Shown piece after piece: positions 17,177 through 27,544 of a stretch of 64,000 nucleotides of DNA (position 1 is its first letter; each line of letters begins with the position of its first letter). Where the stretch lies: positions 4,163 to 68,162 of the forward strand of contig DHMN01000028.1 of assembly GCA_002405805.1 (NCBI GenBank). The letters run 5' to 3'. The position numbers and the translations under genes were made by a program. Under the pieces are notes generated by a model. The model did no database searches. It was not told the origin of the DNA and saw only the letters and a list, made by a program, of their open reading frames with translations. This DNA comes from Cyanobacteria bacterium UBA4641. Its GTDB lineage: Bacteria > Cyanobacteriota > Vampirovibrionia > Gastranaerophilales > Gastranaerophilaceae.

Positions 17177-17374
17177 ATTATATATTAAACAAAAATAAAT
17201 TTCTGTATGGATATCAAAATTTTATTTTTACGCAAGAGCTTTAGTTATTTTATAAAAGTTACCCTTGGAAATAATCATTGATATCTAACCCCATATTATG
17301 CTATAATTGTTCTATCATTGGCACTACAATATAAGAAATTGCCGACATACACGTATTTAGCGAGGAAAATATTA

Positions 17375-18706
17375 ATGAATAAAACTTTAGTGAAATATCC
17401 GTTTTTAACAAAAGAGGTAGAAATTTACGAAAGAGACAATGGACACAAGATTGTTTTGGCACATAAAGAAGGCGATATGGTCAATGTATCATCTTGGGTT
17501 AAAACAGGTTCAATAAATGAAGACGATGATAATAACGGTATTTCACACTTCCTTGAACATTTGATGTTCAAAGGTACAAACACCTACAAAGTTGGTGAAT
17601 TTGACAGAATGTTAGAATCAAAAGGCGCAATCGTCAATGCTGCAACTTGGAAAGATTATACTTTTTTCTATGTAACTTTACCAAAAGGTATTGATAACAA
17701 GGATTTTGATTTGGCTATTGATTTGCATGCCGATATGATGATGAATCCGATTTTTCCTGCAGAAGAACTCGGTGCTCCGTTTGATATCAACGACCACACA
17801 GTAACAGACAAACGCGAACGTCACGTCGTTATTGAAGAAATAAGAATGAGAAAAGACCAACCTTGGACAAAAGTTTACAATATTTGCAACAAAAATATGT
17901 ACACAAATCACCCATATAAACGTGATGTAATTGGTACTCCTGAAATTATTTCAAGATTAACAAGGGAAGATATTGACAACTATTATAGAAAATTCTACAC
18001 ACCGAAAAACGTCACAACTATTATCGTTGGTGATTTTGACCACGAACAGGTTTTGAAAACTCTTTGCGAAAAATTCGATTTCCCTAACCGTACACAAGGC
18101 GAAAATCGTGTCAATGCAATTGATTTGCCAGTATCTGAAACTAAATATGTAGAGACAAAAGCAAACGTAAATACATCTTACTTGATGTTTGGTTGGCTCG
18201 GACCTTTGGCAAGAGAATTAAAAGCATCTATTTGCCTTGATTTAATCAGCATAATTTTTGGTGATGGTTCTAGTTCTCGTTTGCAACAAAATTTAGTAGA
18301 AAAATTGCCTGACAAAATCTTCAATATGATTGACTCTGAGCATTATCAATTCAAAGATGGCAACAATTTCTTCATTCAGGCAAATTTCAGACCTGATGCG
18401 AAAGAAAAAGCAATTGAACTTGTTAAAGAAGAATTAGCAAAACTTTTGACAGAAAGAATCACAGAAGAAGAACTTGCGAAAGCTAAAAAACGTACAAAAT
18501 CGCGCTTTGCTTTTGCTGCAGAAACTGTATCTGAAATCGGCGAAACAATCGGTTATTATATGACAGTTTGCGATGATTTGAAGTTGATTGAAGACTATTT
18601 GAGCGATTTAGACAGTATTACTGTTGAGGATTTGGAAGAAACCATCCGCAAGTATTTGTCAATTGACAATGCTGTTATTTCTGTTCTGGTTCCTGAAGAG
18701 GCATAG
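17375..18706 (+). CDS. M16 family (insulinase/pitrilysin-like) zinc peptidase
   Basis: Inverted zinc motif 'HFLEHLMFKGT' (HxxEH) and downstream 'EE' region 'RHVVIEEIRM'. Start moved to the ATG at 17375 with SD gaggaaa; the tracked start at 17318 is TTG. Confidence 0.88.
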   Translation: MNKTLVKYPFLTKEVEIYERDNGHKIVLAHKEGDMVNVSSWVKTGSINEDDDNNGISHFLEHLMFKGTNTYKVGEFDRMLESKGAIVNAATWKDYTFFYVTLPKGIDNKDFDLAIDLHADMMMNPIFPAEELGAPFDINDHTVTDKRERHVVIEEIRMRKDQPWTKVYNICNKNMYTNHPYKRDVIGTPEIISRLTREDIDNYYRKFYTPKNVTTIIVGDFDHEQVLKTLCEKFDFPNRTQGENRVNAIDLPVSETKYVETKANVNTSYLMFGWLGPLARELKASICLDLISIIFGDGSSSRLQQNLVEKLPDKIFNMIDSEHYQFKDGNNFFIQANFRPDAKEKAIELVKEELAKLLTERITEEELAKAKKRTKSRFAFAAETVSEIGETIGYYMTVCDDLKLIEDYLSDLDSITVEDLEETIRKYLSIDNAVISVLVPEEA

Positions 18707-18709
18707 TTT

Positions 18710-19303
18710 ATGGCAACGGAATTTGATGAAAAACTGGAAGAAGTTAGACAAAAATGTTTGCACTGTGACAAATGTTCATTGTGCAAAACTCGGACAAATT
18801 CGGTATTTTCAGCAGGTGTTCCAAATTCTAAATTGATGTTCATCGGCGAAGCTCCAGGGTATTATGAAGATATGAAAGGAGAGCCTTTTGTCGGAAAAGC
18901 CGGACAACTTTTAGATAAAATCTTGGGTTGTGTCGGATTTTCAAGAAAGGAAAATATTTATATCTGCAACACCCTAAAATGCCGTCCACCTGAAAATAGA
19001 GACCCCCTACCGGAAGAAAAAGCTGCTTGTTGGGAGTATTTAAACGCGCAAGTTGAGACACTAAAACCGCGTATAATTTTGCTTTGCGGAAGAGTTGCGG
19101 TGCAATCTTTTATTGATACAAAACTTGGGATTACAAAACTTCGCGGAAAATGGTTTGAAGGTCCTAATTTTAGCAAAATGATGCCGATTTTTCACCCTTC
19201 GTATTTGTTGAGAAATGACAGTCGCGAAAAAGGTTCACCAAAATGGCTTATGTGGCAGGACATCAAAGAAGTTCGCAGAGTCTATGAACAAATGCAGGGG
19301 TAA
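18710..19303 (+). CDS. Uracil-DNA glycosylase, family 4 (Fe-S type)
   Basis: 'CLHCDKCSLC' cluster cysteines, 'GEAPGYYEDMKGEPFVGKAGQLLDKIL' (GEAPG..E...G.PFvG.AG.lL), 'HPSYLLR'. Confidence 0.9.
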   Translation: MATEFDEKLEEVRQKCLHCDKCSLCKTRTNSVFSAGVPNSKLMFIGEAPGYYEDMKGEPFVGKAGQLLDKILGCVGFSRKENIYICNTLKCRPPENRDPLPEEKAACWEYLNAQVETLKPRIILLCGRVAVQSFIDTKLGITKLRGKWFEGPNFSKMMPIFHPSYLLRNDSREKGSPKWLMWQDIKEVRRVYEQMQG

Positions 19304-19602
19304 TGGCGCGGAATAAGACTGCCATTCTGGCAGGAAATTTTGTCGGCTTGGCATAAATGAAGTGCCGACCTACTAAAACACATAGGTCTTTGTCATTTTA
19401 AGCATGCCATGCTTATTGAAAAATCCAATAAAATATTAATTATTAAGTTTTATTAAGATGAATTATCATGTAAAACGCACACTATACAAGGGTTTTAAAA
19501 ATTAGTATATATTTTATAGATAAAAAATAGCACTTTTTATATACTCAAATTTTTTATATATATGTAAGCAATGAGCGACTAGATTAGCAAAAAGGAGAAT
19601 AT

Positions 19603-19791
19603 ATGGCGAGAGTATTAATTTCAATGCCCGAAGAATTTTTGAACAGAATTGACCAAGTTGCAGATGGTGAAAATCGTTCCAGAAGTGAATTGATTCGTGA
19701 GGCATTAAGAACCTACATTTACAAACAAAAAATCAAAGAATCCACAGGCGCGTTGCAAAATGCTAATCTGTTGGAATCATTGTTGAGTTAA
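19603..19791 (+). CDS. Ribbon-helix-helix (CopG/MetJ-type) protein, solitary
   Basis: 'RVLISMPEEFLNRIDQVADGENRSRSELIREALRTYI' is a typical RHH fold pattern. Strong SD aaaggag. No adjacent toxin-like ORF. Confidence 0.6.
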   Translation: MARVLISMPEEFLNRIDQVADGENRSRSELIREALRTYIYKQKIKESTGALQNANLLESLLS

Positions 19792-19868
19792 TCAGCGGTA
19801 AGGAAAAAGGCGAAAAGATTTGGGATAAACATTGGCAGCCCTCTTTTGAGAGTTGCCTTTTGTTGTTA

Positions 19869-20618
19869 TTATTTCCAAGGGTAACTTTTATCAATGCGCC
19901 AACCTGCGCGTTTGATTTTTTCAGCACAACAGTCTCCATCACCAGATTTTGAACAGTTATTATTTATTTGCTCGTCCGTAAATGAAGAACATGCAGGCAC
20001 TACAACTCCGCCTTTTTCTCCGTCGATTTTTCTCTCTAAAAGGAATATGTCTCTACCAACAGTATTAGGTTTCGCAGTACCATTAATATCTACATAAATA
20101 GCACTTGAAGTAAAATATCCATTCTTAGTATCTCCGGTATATGTAACAATCATATATATAAAACCATCCATAGATGTGAACACCACGCGTGAAGCTCTAG
20201 TTTCAACAAGCAAGTTTAATTTACGACCATTAATATATTGCCATGGGCTTGAATTATCGTATCCGCATCCTGTGACATTACATAGAGATAAAACTTTTAT
20301 ATATGGAGCCCAGAATTTGTCAAAATAATTTTGTGCACCAAGTGCACGCGCTTCTTCTGCCGAAACTTCGCCGACATCATCGTACGCCAAGCGGTAAGCT
20401 TGATTCATCACAGAAATTGCCTTTTGTAGTTTGACTACCGTTTGTTTTTTCTGATGGGTTGCTATTAAATTAGGTATCGTAATCGCCGCAATTACACTTA
20501 TTATGCCTAGGGTGATTAACGTTTCTGCTAAAGTAAACCCAAGGTGCACCGAACTTAAAAAGCGCTGAGCACCATGAGTAAAAATACATTTTAAATTAGA
20601 CCATTTTTTGTTATACAT
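19869..20618 (-). CDS. Prepilin-type N-terminal cleavage/methylation domain protein (pilin-like paralog 1)
   Basis: 'G|FTLAETLITLGIISVIAAITIP' class-III signal, 'VDINGTAKPNTVGRDIF', C-terminal Cys pair 'CSKSGDGDCCAEKIKRAGWRIDKSYPW'. Start placed at the internal ATG (MYNKKW). Confidence 0.85.
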   Translation of the reverse strand: MYNKKWSNLKCIFTHGAQRFLSSVHLGFTLAETLITLGIISVIAAITIPNLIATHQKKQTVVKLQKAISVMNQAYRLAYDDVGEVSAEEARALGAQNYFDKFWAPYIKVLSLCNVTGCGYDNSSPWQYINGRKLNLLVETRASRVVFTSMDGFIYMIVTYTGDTKNGYFTSSAIYVDINGTAKPNTVGRDIFLLERKIDGEKGGVVVPACSSFTDEQINNNCSKSGDGDCCAEKIKRAGWRIDKSYPWK

Positions 20619-20742
20619 ATCAAACCTTTCTCTTATAGTTAGAATAAAATAAATTATAGTGTAAAACATAATAATTATAGTTAATTAGCTATAATATGTC
20701 AACATCCTTGAGTTTGGCAAAAAGAGAGATTAACATGAACGA

Positions 20743-20976
20743 ATGGACTATAAATTTGAAAATATTAAAATAATTGATTTTATAAAAACACTAACCGTTT
20801 GCAAAGGCACATCGCTAAGAAAACTTGTCGCAAAGCTCGCAACACAAAAAGGAGCAAGCGACTGTTACTCCAATTTTTATGCCAAATTAAAAAAAGAAAC
20901 TATCAAATTTTCCGAAATTGCGGATATCGCAGATACTCTCGGCTATGAAATAATTTTCAAAGACAAAAATCTTTAA
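20743..20976 (+). CDS. Small putative HTH protein (XRE-like, divergent from pilin paralog 1)
   Basis: 'GTSLRKLVAKLA...LKKETIKFSEIADIADTLGYEIIF' resembles an XRE HTH with an insertion. Divergent to the pilin-like gene across 124 bp that contain an imperfect palindrome tatagttaattagctata. Confidence 0.45.
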   Translation: MDYKFENIKIIDFIKTLTVCKGTSLRKLVAKLATQKGASDCYSNFYAKLKKETIKFSEIADIADTLGYEIIFKDKNL

Positions 20977-20979
20977 TTT

Positions 20980-22524
20980 TTATTCTTTAGGAGCTTTGCG
21001 AATTATTCTGCCACGTTCTTCTAATCTCTTTTGGTTATAGCCGTAAAACGCGTAAATCAATACACCAACCAACAACCATATCAAGAAATATCCTGATGAG
21101 GTTTTTAATGTTTTCAAAGAATATGCGATTAAGATTCCACAAATCAAGATTCCAAGTAGGGGGAACCAAGGGCAGAACGGAACTTTGAAAGGTCTGTGTC
21201 TATCAGGAGCAGTTTTTCTCAAAATCAAAACCGCCAAACAAATAATTACAAATGATGTGAATGTTCCAAAGTTACACAATGCAGCAGAAATGTTCAAATC
21301 CATGAACAAACCGCAAACAATTACCACGATACCTGAAATCCAAGTCATAACGTGCGGAGTTCTATATTTTTTGTGAATCAATCTCCAAGATTTTGGTAAG
21401 AATCTGTCACGGCTGATTGCATACAAAATTCTTGTTGTACCCAACTGATAAATCAACAATACTGAAGTCAATGCGCACAACGCACCTATTGAAATCAAGC
21501 CTGCAAACCAATTTTTGCCGACATAACTCATCGCATGGGCAATCGGTGCTTGAATATCGATTCTTTCAATAGGAACAATTCCTGTCAAAACAAGTGCAAC
21601 GCACACATACAAAATTGTACAAATAACAAGAGTTCCCAAAATTGCAACAGGCAAATCTCTTTGCGGATTTTCGGTTTCTTCCGCTGTTGTCGAAATTGCA
21701 TCAAATCCGATATAAGCAAAGAATATCAAAAACGCACCCATAATAACACCTGATGGGTCTTGTGGGAAAAACGGAGTCCAGTGTTCAGGTTTTACGTAAA
21801 ACGCACCAACCACGATGAATGACAAAATCATAAACATATTAACACCGACCATGATACTTGCAACACGAGTTGATTCTTTTACGCCACGAATCAGCAGCAA
21901 GGTTAAAGCCAAGACAATGGCAACAGCAGGAAGGTTCACTGCAAAAGGAATATGTCCAAACAAATACGGAACTTTGTCATGAATATCCCAGTTATTGTTA
22001 TTACATAAAGTAACCATTGTACGATAGTCATATCTTAGCCACAATGGAAAATGTACTATAAAATCAGGTAAATATTGTTTGAAACCTTTTAAAAATTGGA
22101 TAAAATACCCTGTCCACGCACTTGCTACAGTGATATTACCGATGGCGTATTCAAGCATCAAAATCCAACCAACCATCCATGCCATAAATTCACCCATTGT
22201 AGCGTAAGTATAAGTATATGCACTACCTGCAACAGGAATCATCGCTGCGATTTCGGAATAACAAAGTGCTGAGAAAACACACGCTACAGCAGCCAATACC
22301 ATTGAAATTACAATGGCTGGTCCTGCTCCTGCGCTTTCTGCGCTACCTGTGATTGCAGTACCGATAATTGTAAAAATACCTGTTCCGACAACTGCACCTA
22401 TACCAATGATTATAAGGTCAAAAACATTTAAAGTCTTTTTCAATTCTGAACGCTTACTGGTATTAATCAGGTCGTCCATACTTTTCTTTTTAAATATATT
22501 TCGGCTAATTTGTTTTAAATCCAT
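20980..22524 (-). CDS. APC-superfamily amino acid permease (cationic amino acid transporter-like)
   Basis: 12-14 TM protein with 'GAVVGTGIFTIIG', 'AGSAYTYTYATMGE' and 'FFAYIGFDAISTTAEE'. Start set at the internal ATG (MDLKQI) to avoid overlapping the upstream paralog. Confidence 0.85.
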   Translation of the reverse strand: MDLKQISRNIFKKKSMDDLINTSKRSELKKTLNVFDLIIIGIGAVVGTGIFTIIGTAITGSAESAGAGPAIVISMVLAAVACVFSALCYSEIAAMIPVAGSAYTYTYATMGEFMAWMVGWILMLEYAIGNITVASAWTGYFIQFLKGFKQYLPDFIVHFPLWLRYDYRTMVTLCNNNNWDIHDKVPYLFGHIPFAVNLPAVAIVLALTLLLIRGVKESTRVASIMVGVNMFMILSFIVVGAFYVKPEHWTPFFPQDPSGVIMGAFLIFFAYIGFDAISTTAEETENPQRDLPVAILGTLVICTILYVCVALVLTGIVPIERIDIQAPIAHAMSYVGKNWFAGLISIGALCALTSVLLIYQLGTTRILYAISRDRFLPKSWRLIHKKYRTPHVMTWISGIVVIVCGLFMDLNISAALCNFGTFTSFVIICLAVLILRKTAPDRHRPFKVPFCPWFPLLGILICGILIAYSLKTLKTSSGYFLIWLLVGVLIYAFYGYNQKRLEERGRIIRKAPKE

Positions 22525-22528
22525 AGTC

Positions 22529-24112
22529 CTAATTTTCACTCGTTCCATGTACTATTTCTTTGTGTATTCTGTTTTCGTTATTTCTGTTTTTGATAAATCC
22601 GTATAGCAAGTAAATAATTGCACCTACACCCAACCAAACAGGGAATAACAATGCAGAACTACCTGCTTGAGCAGATTTATAAATCATCAAACCTCCACAG
22701 CAAATTATACCCAAAGTAGGTGTAACAGGAGAAAACGGAACTTTGAACGGTCTTGGTCTTTTTGGGTCTGTATGACGCAAAATCAACACAGCAACACAAA
22801 CAATAATGAATGATGTAAATGTACCGTAGTTACAAAGTTCAGCAGCCACATCCAAATTCAATGTCAAAATACCGACTACAGCCAAAACTCCAACTGTCCA
22901 AGTCAACAATGCAGGCGTTTTGTATTTAGGGTCAAGTTTTTGGAATCGCTTTGAAATGAAGTGGTCACGGCTCATTGCAAACAAAATTCTTGTTGCAGCC
23001 ATTTCTAAAACCAACAACACAGATGTCAAACCTGCAAGTGAACCTACAGAAATCAATCCTGCTGCCCAGTTTTGTTTAGCCTGCATCATACAATATGCCA
23101 TTGGAGCTTTCAAAAAGTCTAGCGGAACCGAACCGCTTGTATTTTGCATGCCTGTTAAAACAAGCGCTACTAATACATAAACAATAGTTGTTATTACTAA
23201 AGAACCAATAATACCTATTGGCAAATCTTTTTGCGGATTTTTACATTCTTCGGCAGCTGTAGCCAAAGCATCAAATCCGATATAAGCAAAGAATATTAAA
23301 AATGCACCTGCAAAGATACCTTCTGCACCGTGTGGAGCAAACGGAGTCCAGTTTTCAGGTCTTACGAAAAATGCACCGGCTACAATAAACAAACCGATAA
23401 CCGCAAGTTTGATAAATACCATCAAACCTGCCATTTTTGCAGAATCTTTTGTACCTTTAACCAAGATTGCCGTAATTAACAATACAATCAAAATTGCAGG
23501 TAAATTTATACAAATAGGAACACCCAAAAGTGTTGGAACATGTATATCAGGGTTTTCTGCAACAAGTTTGCCTGCTGAAAATACATCATTAGTCAACCAA
23601 ACAGGAGGATGGGCAAGCCAAGCCGGCAACACCTTGTCAAAACCTGCCATAAATTGTACGAAGTGGTTTGACCAAGCACACGCAACAGCAATAAAACCGA
23701 TTGCATATTCTAGCATCAAAACCCAACCTACCATCCAAGCGGCAAATTCACCCAATGTTGCAAATGTATATGTATAAGCACCACCTGCAACAGGAATCAT
23801 TGTTGCAAACTCAGAATAGCATAATGCTGAAAAAATACAGGCAATCGCTGCAATAATCATTGATACAACAAGAGCAGGACCTGCTCCGACAGAAGAACCG
23901 TCTGCACTGCCTGCCGCTGCAATACCAACAACAGCAAAAATTCCGGAACCGATAATTGCACCTACGCCTAACACAATCAAATCAACAACGCCCAAAGTTT
24001 TTTCTAACCCTTGAGCTTTTGCTTCAGCAAGCATTTCATCAGGAGCTTTAATCCTTGTGATATTTCTCAAAAAACTTCTGGTAAATGTCGCTCTGTTAAA
24101 TTTTTCAGCCAT
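22529..24112 (-). CDS. APC-superfamily amino acid permease, tandem paralog
   Basis: Same motifs: 'GAIIGSGIFAVVG', 'AGGAYTYTFATLGE', 'FFAYIGFDALATAAEE'. Collinear with the downstream paralog. Confidence 0.85.
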   Translation of the reverse strand: MAEKFNRATFTRSFLRNITRIKAPDEMLAEAKAQGLEKTLGVVDLIVLGVGAIIGSGIFAVVGIAAAGSADGSSVGAGPALVVSMIIAAIACIFSALCYSEFATMIPVAGGAYTYTFATLGEFAAWMVGWVLMLEYAIGFIAVACAWSNHFVQFMAGFDKVLPAWLAHPPVWLTNDVFSAGKLVAENPDIHVPTLLGVPICINLPAILIVLLITAILVKGTKDSAKMAGLMVFIKLAVIGLFIVAGAFFVRPENWTPFAPHGAEGIFAGAFLIFFAYIGFDALATAAEECKNPQKDLPIGIIGSLVITTIVYVLVALVLTGMQNTSGSVPLDFLKAPMAYCMMQAKQNWAAGLISVGSLAGLTSVLLVLEMAATRILFAMSRDHFISKRFQKLDPKYKTPALLTWTVGVLAVVGILTLNLDVAAELCNYGTFTSFIIVCVAVLILRHTDPKRPRPFKVPFSPVTPTLGIICCGGLMIYKSAQAGSSALLFPVWLGVGAIIYLLYGFIKNRNNENRIHKEIVHGTSEN

Positions 24113-24174
24113 TTATTTTCCTTATAATTGCATAGCAAAATTGCTACTACTACTTCCACTATCAATGTGCAAAT

Positions 24175-25065
24175 TTACACAAGTGCTTTTTCTTTTTTGC
24201 AAAGAGGGAATCCCATTGCCTCACGTTGTTCAACATACAATCTTGCAACTGCAGATGCCATTGTTCTGACTCTGCCGATGAAGTTATTTCTTTCATCTTT
24301 ACTGATTACACCATGTGCGTCAAGCAAGTTGAATGTATGAGAACATTTCAAAACATAATCGTAAGCAGGTAAAACCAACTTAGATTTCAAGCAATTATCA
24401 ACCTCTTTTTGATACAAATCAAACATTGTAAACAATGAATCCGTATCAGAAACTTCAAAATTATATTTTGATTGTTCGATTTCATTTTGTAAATAAATAT
24501 CGCCGTATTTTAATGTATCATTCCACATAATATCGTATACAGATTCTTTGTTTTGAAGATACATTGCAATACGTTCCAAACCATAAGTCAACTCAAGTGC
24601 CACAGGTTTAATTTCGACACCGCCGACTTGTTGGAAGTAAGTAAACTGAGTAATTTCCATACCATCAAGCCATACTTCCCAACCAACACCTGCTGCACCT
24701 AATGTTGGAGATTCCCAGTTATCTTCTACAAATCTCACATCGTGCTGAGTTAAATCAATACCCATAGCCTCCAAACTTTGCAAATAAAGTTCTTGAGCAT
24801 TATCAGGTGATGGTTTCAAGATAACTTGAAACTGAAAATAATGACCTAATCTGTTAGGGTTTTCACCATAACGAGCATCGGTCGGTCTTCTGCAAGGTTC
24901 AATCATTGCAGTGTTCCAAGGTTCAGGTCCCAATGAACGCAAGAAAGTTGCAGGGTTCATTGTTGATGCACCTTTTTCAATGTCATAAGGTTGTTGAATT
25001 ATACAACCGTAATCTGACCAAAATTTTTGTAAATTAAAAACTAGTTCTTGAAAATTTAGCGCCAT
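24175..25065 (-). CDS. glyQ: Glycine--tRNA ligase alpha subunit
   Basis: '[17 protein letters not shown]', '[15 protein letters not shown]', '[18 protein letters not shown]', '[22 protein letters not shown]' are highly conserved GlyQ blocks. Confidence 0.95.
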   Translation of the reverse strand: MALNFQELVFNLQKFWSDYGCIIQQPYDIEKGASTMNPATFLRSLGPEPWNTAMIEPCRRPTDARYGENPNRLGHYFQFQVILKPSPDNAQELYLQSLEAMGIDLTQHDVRFVEDNWESPTLGAAGVGWEVWLDGMEITQFTYFQQVGGVEIKPVALELTYGLERIAMYLQNKESVYDIMWNDTLKYGDIYLQNEIEQSKYNFEVSDTDSLFTMFDLYQKEVDNCLKSKLVLPAYDYVLKCSHTFNLLDAHGVISKDERNNFIGRVRTMASAVARLYVEQREAMGFPLCKKEKALV

Positions 25066-25228
25066 AACATAAATCCAATATTGTACTATCTACACTCGTT
25101 TATTTATCGTATTACGGACATAGTATAATTTCAACTTATATGTAACATTTGTAACAAACATAATACTTGTCCTAAGTGTTTATTTAGAGATACTGAAACA
25201 GCCTTGGATTATTAAACAAATAGGTCTA

Positions 25229-25338
25229 TGTCACCCTGAACTTGATTCAAGGTCTTTTCCATATTAATAATTCAGCAAATATTCTTATTGATAAATATTG
25301 ATTATTAAAAAGATTCCGAACCAAGTTCGGAATGACAG
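25229..25338. repeat. ~110-bp MITE-like repeat unit (type 1)
   Basis: tgtcaccctgaacttgattcaaggtcttttccat - AT-rich spacer - gattattaaaaagattccgaaccaagttcggaatgaca. Near-collinear with 32077-32186 and 33487-33655. Terminal inverted repeats TGTCAnnCTGAA/TTCnGnnTGACA. Confidence 0.75.
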
Positions 25339-25367
25339 TTATTCTATTTTGTCCAGAACAGCCATTC

Positions 25368-26288
25368 CTAGCCTGCTGCAACGAACTGTGCCAACAATTC
25401 TGGGAATTTGTTAATCAAAGAATCTGCAAATTTTTCGGTATCAATCTGAGTCGTCACAATAGACAACAAATCTTGCGGAAGTTGAGTTATCATTTTTTGC
25501 AAATATTCAGGCTTAATCACCCTCATAGCCTTCACTGTATCTTCCTTGTCGCGTTCTCGATTTATGATATGTGTATAAGCATCTGTACTGAATTTTTCAA
25601 ACAATTTTGGCTCTTGATTTGTCATCAAGTATGTCAACTCACGCTTTTGAGCAGGTTGCAAATTTGTTATGGCATTTTTGTAATCTTGGTCACCAAATTG
25701 TCCGATTTGAAGAATCAACTCATTTGAATTTCCTTGAGCCTCTTCTCCTGTAATACTTTCAACAATTTGTTGCAAATACATTTCAGGAATAGACTTCAAG
25801 TTTTCCAAAATTCGTTCTTTATCCGTGTCAAAATCGGTCAATACGTTATCTAATTCTTTTTCCGGTATAAATTCAATTACTTGTTCTTGTGAAAACATCT
25901 CCATAACTGTCTTTACAAGTTCTTCCTTTGGAATATGTTTCATCAATTCAAGCAAACTGTCTTGGGTAAAATAATTCAACCCTTGCACCAAATCGTCTTG
26001 TTCAAGCATTGGAACAAGTTTTTCAAGTTGAGAAGATGTCATTGCCTGCATAATTGTCAATTTGTTTTCTGGGTCGGCAAGTTGAAAGAGTTCAGTCAAC
26101 ATGTTCACGTCAGTAAACATATCCGCAGCCAATTGAATAGCCTCCTGATTACCTGCTACAGCCTCAGCTTTGACAATTTCATCAACAGTCATGTTTTCAT
26201 AGGTCTGCATCCTGATTTCAGGAATGTTCAACCGTCTTTGGATATATGATAAATCTGCATTTATCGCAATTGACATAGAAAACCTCAA
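25368..26288 (-). CDS. Hypothetical acidic alpha-helical protein
   Basis: Long ORF with coherent composition and repeated 'L..L....Q...L..l' helical segments faintly reminiscent of MgtE-N/FliG-type helical repeats. No catalytic motif. Confidence 0.5.
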   Translation of the reverse strand: MRFSMSIAINADLSYIQRRLNIPEIRMQTYENMTVDEIVKAEAVAGNQEAIQLAADMFTDVNMLTELFQLADPENKLTIMQAMTSSQLEKLVPMLEQDDLVQGLNYFTQDSLLELMKHIPKEELVKTVMEMFSQEQVIEFIPEKELDNVLTDFDTDKERILENLKSIPEMYLQQIVESITGEEAQGNSNELILQIGQFGDQDYKNAITNLQPAQKRELTYLMTNQEPKLFEKFSTDAYTHIINRERDKEDTVKAMRVIKPEYLQKMITQLPQDLLSIVTTQIDTEKFADSLINKFPELLAQFVAAG

Positions 26289-26504
26289 ATTCTCTCTTTT
26301 ATATATTAACGTATATTTTTTATTGGAATTTCAGCACTTTTAAAAAGTTTTACAAAAAGTAATATATCCAGACTTTCATCTGATAGTGTAGATTTTACAC
26401 CTACTAAAATTGCGAATTTTTGTAAAATTTTCATCAAAATTGTAACAAAAATTTAGAAAAATATACTTTATATATATAAGGGAAAAATATAAGGAATCAG
26501 AAAA

Positions 26505-26768
26505 ATGAGTTTTGATGTAAACATAGGCAGAGCTCAACCGGTAATCAAAGCAGCAGCAAATATGAACAACGACGGAGGTTCTGGCGGCAACACAGGCTAT
26601 ATGATGCGCGGCAAAAAGAAAAAAGAAGAATTTTCAAAAAGTCTTTTTGGAGACGACACAGAAATTGATTCTTTTGAAATGATTTCAAAGTTGCCAAAAC
26701 AAGAAAAAGACCTTCCGCCAATGAAACCTTCTTGGCTTGAAAACTGGATGGACAAATTAATCAAATAA
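26505..26768 (+). CDS. Hypothetical small protein (87 aa)
   Basis: ATG preceded by aaggaa. Gly-rich then Lys-rich segment. Followed directly by a strong terminator. Confidence 0.5.
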   Translation: MSFDVNIGRAQPVIKAAANMNNDGGSGGNTGYMMRGKKKKEEFSKSLFGDDTEIDSFEMISKLPKQEKDLPPMKPSWLENWMDKLIK

Positions 26769-26771
26769 AAA

Positions 26772-26807
26772 GACCGAACACCTAAATTTTTGTGTCGGTC
26801 TTTTTTT
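26772..26807. terminator. Bidirectional rho-independent terminator
   Basis: gaccgaacac-ctaaattttt-gtgtcggtc flanked by aaaa and ttttttt. Sits between convergent genes. Confidence 0.7.
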
Positions 26808-26822
26808 ATTTTTTCTAAAATT

Positions 26823-27338
26823 TTAAGATAAACCTAAGGCTATTTTATTATTTGTAGAAATCATATTCATTGCGTTATACATACTAGATTGAGAGGCTTG
26901 TAGCGAATCATAACGGTCATCTAAATTTGTAAGTTGAGACAAATATGAAGATAGTTGAGATAAAACAGATGGATTACCCTCAGCATCTTCTAACATTTCT
27001 TCTAATTCATTACTGATTTGGTTCAAAATTTCACTAACATCATCGTCACTGGATACAGAAACTCCAACAGCTGACGCCAATGATTTTGCCTCTGATAAAA
27101 TTTCACTTTCTGATGAATTCTCTTGCCCATTGTTGCTTTGGTTTTGCGCTGCTTGCTGTTGTTGAGCTTGAGCAATTTTAGCTTGAGCCTCAGATTCTGT
27201 CATACCGGAAGTTTCAGATATCCCTAACGCCGCAAGTTTAGATTTTGTTTCATTACTTAATTTTGACTTTTTGGAGACACTTTCACTAGCTGCTGTACTT
27301 CCTGCATTTACTCCTGAGATTGTTGTTGTCATAAACAC
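26823..27338 (-). CDS. Hypothetical Ser/Gln/Glu-rich protein without signal peptide
   Basis: Low-complexity centre 'AQAKIAQAQQQQAAQNQSNNGQ'. C-terminal 'SSMYNAMNMISTNNKIALGLS'. Function unknown. Confidence 0.5.
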   Translation of the reverse strand: MFMTTTISGVNAGSTAASESVSKKSKLSNETKSKLAALGISETSGMTESEAQAKIAQAQQQQAAQNQSNNGQENSSESEILSEAKSLASAVGVSVSSDDDVSEILNQISNELEEMLEDAEGNPSVLSQLSSYLSQLTNLDDRYDSLQASQSSMYNAMNMISTNNKIALGLS

Positions 27339-27544
27339 GTCCTTTCATTTGTAAGTTTTTCTCTCTCTTAAAAACTTGATACTCACAAACTATCGGTTTT
27401 TATTTTTATGAACTTTAGAAAATTTGCTCAAATATGAAGAAAAATTTACATATAGAATTTTCTACTTATAGAAACGTTGACTTTTAGAATTTGGTTATTA
27501 AATTGAATAAATCACAAATTGTAAACACGAGAATTGAGGTATTT

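Noticed and set aside
22529-22548. 20-nt overlap between the two APC permease genes
   Set aside because: This is an artefact of the longest-ORF start. The internal ATG at 22524 (MDLKQI..) removes the overlap and matches the paralog N-terminus better.
25332-25727. 131-aa plus-strand ORF
   Set aside because: It overlaps the 306-aa minus-strand gene over almost its whole length. It starts inside a repeat element and is Cys/Phe/Leu-rich with no SD.
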